A stretch of DNA of 63,995 bases, the filler included, from an uncultured Methanosarcinales archaeon (GTDB taxonomy: Archaea; Nanobdellota; Nanobdellia; Woesearchaeales; CAYZNE01): NCBI GenBank assembly GCA_964405295.1. It is 12 parts of 12 records of this genome, joined end to end, with 100 filler letters (N's around TTAATTAATTAA, not from the genome) between each part and the next. Parts side by side here need not be neighbours in the genome. Positions count along the whole stretch, not along the records: positions 55,440 to 60,504 come from CAYONI010000041.1; positions 60,605 to 63,995 come from CAYONI010000061.1; 10 more parts are not named here. One strand, given 5' to 3'. Under the pieces are notes generated by a model. That model worked only from the letters and a program-made list of their open reading frames with translations. It searched no databases and was not told the origin of the DNA. Both the position numbers and the translations under genes were made by a program. Below are positions 59,392-63,995 of the stretch, piece by piece. The first letter of the stretch is position 1. Each line of letters opens with the position of its first letter.

Positions 59392-60273
59392 CTATAACAT
59401 AGCTATATATTTTACTGCTCCTGCTATTTTTCCTCCTGTTTCTACTGCTCCGCTTTTGTTTATTACGTGCCATATTAGAACAATATATGATAGGTTTACT
59501 AGGCTAAAGCAGGATATCATTACCATTATTTTAAAATTCTCAAACATGGATAGATTAACCATCATTGATGATCCGAGCATTATTATTGCATCAATAAATA
59601 TTATGAAGATAAATAAGAATATTAAGTTTAGTATTAGTTTTCCATAACTTTTTAGTGGTGGAATAAAATAACAAAATATTCCAATAGGAATAAATACAAC
59701 TCCAAAACAAACAATTAAATATCTTATTAATAAAAAGAGAATAGTTAAAAGTAAAGTTACAACGTAAAATGTTAAAAAGATTAATTCTAATCCAAGACTT
59801 GCAAGATTATCAATTGTCAATAAAAAGAATTCTTCATTAACCATTGAAAGAATAGCACTAGTAGAAACACTAGCAAGATCTAATGCTAAACCATACAAGT
59901 AAAAACTTGCCTGAACAAAAATAATCATCAAAACAGTATTCTTTAACCACTCCTTAGCTACTTCCCTCTGAACAACATCATGACCAGAAACAAGAAACTG
60001 CAAACCAGCATATAAAAACAAGAACCCATAAAACATAGTAATACAATAAAGAATAATAACCCACAAAGAATAAAACAACTCAATACTAGGAGAAGTCTCC
60101 ATCAAAGAACGAATAAAATCAAGCAAAACCTGAAGAGGAGCATTCAACAAATTAATAAAATACTCATTAAACTTCTCAGGAATACAAGTAGCCAAATTAG
60201 ACAAACCACACTCAGTTGCAAAAACCAAAGGGATATTCATTAAAAACAATAAATAAGGAATTAACTTCTTCAT
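59392..60273 (-). CDS. polytopic membrane protein, VirB6-like
   Basis: Signal peptide plus ~6 TM segments, adjacent to virB4 and sharing its upstream motif. Confidence 0.6.
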   Translation of the reverse strand: MKKLIPYLLFLMNIPLVFATECGLSNLATCIPEKFNEYFINLLNAPLQVLLDFIRSLMETSPSIELFYSLWVIILYCITMFYGFLFLYAGLQFLVSGHDVVQREVAKEWLKNTVLMIIFVQASFYLYGLALDLASVSTSAILSMVNEEFFLLTIDNLASLGLELIFLTFYVVTLLLTILFLLIRYLIVCFGVVFIPIGIFCYFIPPLKSYGKLILNLIFLFIFIIFIDAIIMLGSSMMVNLSMFENFKIMVMISCFSLVNLSYIVLIWHVINKSGAVETGGKIAGAVKYIAML

Positions 60274-60355
60274 ACCAACAACATGTCAAGAATAATATAA
60301 AGAAAGATGTCGGAGAAAGAAAACATTTATCAATATGATTTAACTTAAAGATAAT

Positions 60356-60504
60356 ATGATAAAAATAGCTTTAGATACAGGTTGTTTGAATGCAAAGAAA
60401 GCTCATCTTATTCTTAATCAGCTTGAGAAATTAGAGGAAGAAAAGAAAGTAGAATTAATTACTTCAACAGTCAATGAAAAAGAACAATATGAATCTAATA
60501 ATAA
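60356..60504 (+). CDS. PIN-domain protein (truncated)
   Basis: IKIALDTGCL..ELITSTVNEKE, a PIN N-terminal pattern. Confidence 0.5.
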
Positions 60505-60615
60505 NNNNNNNNNNNNNNNNNNNNNNNNNNNNNNNNNNNNNNNNNNNNTTAATTAATTAANNNNNNNNNNNNNNNNNNNNNNNNNNNNNNNNNNNNNNNN
60601 NNNNGGACGTAACAA

Positions 60616-60924
60616 ATGATTAAAACAAAACACGTTTTCCAGTTATCAAGAATAATTGACAAGATGAAATTAACAGAAAACCTAAAAGATATTGCTATAA
60701 ATAAAAAAAGTGATGTTGAGGCTGTTGGATATAAAATAATTATGTCTTTAATTAGTAAGATATATTTGGCAGAAAAGGAAACGATTTCTTTATTGTCCGA
60801 AGTTAGTGGTAAGACTATAAAGGAAGTAGAAGATCAGTCTCCAAAAGATACTTTTGATATGATTGAAGAAATCTTAAAACAGGAAGGTGTAATGGATTTT
60901 TTGAAAAAACAGCTAAAGGATTAA
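60616..60924 (+). CDS. phage tail assembly chaperone (gpG-like)
   Basis: Upstream of tape measure; ends near slippery T TTT TTG. Confidence 0.75.
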   Translation: MIKTKHVFQLSRIIDKMKLTENLKDIAINKKSDVEAVGYKIIMSLISKIYLAEKETISLLSEVSGKTIKEVEDQSPKDTFDMIEEILKQEGVMDFLKKQLKD

Positions 60925-60944
60925 AAGGCTCTTTCGCTGTTTCT

Positions 60945-61214
60945 ATGCTTAGTAAATACGGAAGTTGGATATTTGATGAACCAATTGCATATGGTATGGA
61001 ATTACTACAACAAGCAATAGATGATAAACTAGAAGATAGGGTTTGGCTTTATTATTGTTGTACACTTCCATATCAAGATAAGAAAAATAGAAAGTCCTTT
61101 GATGACTTAATGGCTAGTATCAAAAGTCCACAAAACAATAAAACAAAATCTGTAATTACACAAAAAGAGTTAGATAGGTTTGTAGACATTGCTGACTTAG
61201 TAAGGAGCAAATAA
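60945..61214 (+). CDS. tail assembly chaperone gpT-like portion, probably expressed by -1 frameshift
   Basis: -1 frame relative to 60616 ORF and open from 60897. Confidence 0.7.
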   Translation: MLSKYGSWIFDEPIAYGMELLQQAIDDKLEDRVWLYYCCTLPYQDKKNRKSFDDLMASIKSPQNNKTKSVITQKELDRFVDIADLVRSK

Positions 61215-63995
61215 TGAACGTTTTTAAAATGGTTGGTTCTATTGCCTTACAAGGTGGTGATAAAGCCTCTGAACAACTGAAGACTTTTGACGAAAATGGA
61301 AAAAAAACAGGAAAGTCTTTTAAAGAATCTTTCAAGAAAGTAGGTACAGCAGTTCTAGGTGTAGCTACTGCAATAACAGCAGTTATTGGTACAGTAGGTG
61401 CTTTGTCTAACAAGGTTATTAAATTAACCGATAATATTGATAAACAATCTCAAAAAATTGGTATTTCAAGAAAAGCCTATCAAGAATGGGATTTTATCCT
61501 ATCTCAAAATGGAACATCTGTTAACGGACTTCAAATGACTATGAAAACTCTTTCTAAGGCTTCATCAGAAGCTAAGGAGGGAGTTGTAACTTATACTGAT
61601 GAATTTGAAAAATTAAATGTAACTGTCACAAATGCAGACGGAACCTTAAAAGACAGTGAAACTTTATTCAATGAAGTATTTTTGGCTTTGTCTCAAATGG
61701 AAGATATTACTCAAAGAAGTGCAATCGCAACAGCGTTATTAGGTAGATCTGGAACTGAATTGGCTCCTGCTTTTAATTCTGGTGCAGAAGCTATTGAAAA
61801 TCTTAGATTACAAGCACATGAATATGGATTAGTAGTAGATGATGAAGCAATAGACGCAGGTGTAAGATTAACTGATACAGTAGATAGAATCAAAAGGTCT
61901 TTTCAATCAGCTATGATCAATGCAGTTAGTCCTTTTCTACCCAAACTTGAAATTATGGCAACTGGAATTTCCGATAAGGTTATACCTAAAATTATAAGTT
62001 TGATTAGTTGGGTTAATAAAATGGCTTTAACCGTACCTGTACTTTTTAATTTTATGAAAGGTGCTTTAGAAATAATTGGAAATAATATTGTAAAAGTCTT
62101 AGAAAATCCACTCAAAAAAATAAAAGCTTTTGTAGATGAAATATTTAAGGTGTTTGGTTTTGAAGGATTTGAAGATGGATTAGAAACCACTTGGAATTTT
62201 ATTTGCCAGATAACTGGAGATATTTATGACGCATTAAAAAAAGGTTTTTCAACTGGAGATTGGGGAGATCTGTTTGGTATAACTTCTGATATAATCAAAG
62301 CTGGAATTGTAATAGCAATATCCTTGTCTACAGCAAAGATAGTAGCTGGTGCAATATTTGCAAAAATAGGAACAGCTTTAGTCGGAGCTTCTGTTGGATT
62401 TAAAGCTATTAGTATGCCTATGGTATTAGCAGGAGCTAGTATAGCATTACAAATTTTTGATGAATTACAAGCACCTTCAATCGGTTGGCAAAACTTCGCC
62501 AAGAACATGTTTACAGCTATTGCAGTAGGATTAGGAGTTGGAGCTTTTACTGGTCCAATAGGTGGACTGTATGCTTTCTCTGTTGCAATGAACATTAAAT
62601 TAGGTGATATTTTCTTCAAGAAAGATTTTAGTGATACTGTTTTAGCAGATTATCAAAAACATATGACAGGAATAGTTGGTCAAGTAACAGAAAGTTCGCA
62701 GAAAGAAATTGGTAATATAATTTCTGGAGTAAATTGGTTTGGTACTAATTCAGCTCAAGATAAATTGGCTAAAATTTATGGTACTAATGTTGGAAAACAA
62801 ATGTTAGATGGTGTTGGTATAGGTTTGGAAGATATTGAAGAACTTGGAAATCAATCAGCACAGGATTTGCTTTTTGCGATAAAAGACGCTTTAGGAATTA
62901 GGTCTCCATCCAAAGAAACAGAATATATGGGAAGACAACTTATAGCTGGTTTTGTAAATGGGTTAGGTGAAAATTATCCAGAATTGAAAGCATTGTTTGA
63001 AACATTATTGACAGACCTTGATACAATCTGGATAGATCCTGTAGAAGATAAAGTAAATGAAGTTATTGATGAAATTACTGATGAAAAACAACTTAACAAA
63101 TGGGAAGTATTTTGGGGCAAGGTTAAAGATATTAGTAATTCTGCTTTGGTAGGTATAGGAACATTTTTTAGTGATACTTTTACTGGAATAGCTAGTGGAT
63201 TATCTGGAAAATTAAGTACTGGTATTACTGGATTTCAAGAAGGATTTGAGAAACACAGAAAAACAGATGACGCTGGAGAACCTGTGGAAGGTGCTACTGG
63301 TTCAATGATTGGTGGTGGTCTTGCTGGAATGGCTGTCGGTCTTGCTATGGAAAGTACTCAATTCACAGAATTAATGGAAAAGTTGGATCCTGTCATACAA
63401 AAATTGATAGACACTTTTGGAATGTTGTTAGAACCTCTACTGCCTTTAGTTGATGTATTAGCAAATATGTTAGGACCACTTATTGAAGGTTTAAGTCCGT
63501 TTTTTGAAGCAATCGGTAATGTTATAGCTGTTTTGTTTGATATAATTATACAGTTTATACCTATTCTTACTACTGCACTTATGCCTATTCTTAAAATTAT
63601 TACTTGGACTTTGAATAAGGTAATATTGCCTATAATAAAAGCACTTTGGTTTGTTCTTTCAACTTGGTTTAATACTGTTGCAGGAGCAATAAACTATTTA
63701 GTAAGACAGCTTAATAAGATTGTGTTTGTCAATATAAAATGGCGAATGCCTACAATGAACACATCTCTCGGAGATACAGGTGCAACATCTGATAGTACTG
63801 GAGAAACTGATGATACTTCAACTTCCTCAAGTTCTGGTGGAAGTCAAATATCAGAAATCACTGGACCAACTAGGGATCTGTTTACAAACTTATTAAGTCC
63901 TTTGGCAAGGCTTGACAGTTTGACTGGTATTGGTAACAGAATTTATGATTTACTTGACAGTAGATTAAAAAGCACAGTAAGCATTGGGAATATAA
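61214..63995 (+). CDS. phage tail tape measure protein (3' truncated)
   Basis: Manual translation MNVFKMVGSIALQGG..IDKQSQKIGISRKAYQEWDFILSQNG..LLGRSGTELAP..LGIRSPSKE; open to window end, so missing from the ORF track. Confidence 0.9.
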   Translation, partial: MNVFKMVGSIALQGGDKASEQLKTFDENGKKTGKSFKESFKKVGTAVLGVATAITAVIGTVGALSNKVIKLTDNIDKQSQKIGISRKAYQEWDFILSQNGTSVNGLQMTMKTLSKASSEAKEGVVTYTDEFEKLNVTVTNADGTLKDSETLFNEVFLALSQMEDITQRSAIATALLGRSGTELAPAFNSGAEAIENLRLQAHEYGLVVDDEAIDAGVRLTDTVDRIKRSFQSAMINAVSPFLPKLEIMATGISDKVIPKIISLISWVNKMALTVPVLFNFMKGALEIIGNNIVKVLENPLKKIKAFVDEIFKVFGFEGFEDGLETTWNFICQITGDIYDALKKGFSTGDWGDLFGITSDIIKAGIVIAISLSTAKIVAGAIFAKIGTALVGASVGFKAISMPMVLAGASIALQIFDELQAPSIGWQNFAKNMFTAIAVGLGVGAFTGPIGGLYAFSVAMNIKLGDIFFKKDFSDTVLADYQKHMTGIVGQVTESSQKEIGNIISGVNWFGTNSAQDKLAKIYGTNVGKQMLDGVGIGLEDIEELGNQSAQDLLFAIKDALGIRSPSKETEYMGRQLIAGFVNGLGENYPELKALFETLLTDLDTIWIDPVEDKVNEVIDEITDEKQLNKWEVFWGKVKDISNSALVGIGTFFSDTFTGIASGLSGKLSTGITGFQEGFEKHRKTDDAGEPVEGATGSMIGGGLAGMAVGLAMESTQFTELMEKLDPVIQKLIDTFGMLLEPLLPLVDVLANMLGPLIEGLSPFFEAIGNVIAVLFDIIIQFIPILTTALMPILKIITWTLNKVILPIIKALWFVLSTWFNTVAGAINYLVRQLNKIVFVNIKWRMPTMNTSLGDTGATSDSTGETDDTSTSSSSGGSQISEITGPTRDLFTNLLSPLARLDSLTGIGNRIYDLLDSRLKSTVSIGNI

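Overview
This window is not one locus. It is 12 unrelated contigs of about 3.4-5.9 kb, apparently from a length-sorted metagenome, joined by artificial 100-nt spacers (N44-TTAATTAATTAA-N44) at 5898, 11813, 17713, 23320, 28830, 34211, 39591, 44910, 50147, 55340 and 60505. Six contigs are phage fragments: recombination/early genes (1-5897), virion protein plus O/DnaB replication (17813-23319), terminase and early genes (23420-28829), internal virion proteins (39691-44909), a DNA-modification cluster (45010-50146) and tail chaperones with tape measure (60605-63995). Three are AT-rich Bacillota/Mollicutes-like chromosomal pieces (5998-11812, 28930-34210, 50247-55339), two look archaeal (11913-17712, 55440-60504) and one looks Bacteroidota-like (34311-39590); these assignments are inference from gene style. 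The best candidate for an undescribed system is 5998-11812. Five direct ~125-bp repeats, each built around the 3' half of tRNA-Phe(GAA) with conserved non-tRNA hairpin arms, separate four single-gene modules that have no integrase. This looks like an integron-like cassette array that uses tRNA-derived att sites. Also notable: a methyltransferase-HgcA-like-ferredoxin triple fusion inside an attC-like cassette, a liv operon bracketed by IS-like ends, a hammerhead ribozyme between phage genes, and an interleaved inverted-repeat region upstream of terS.
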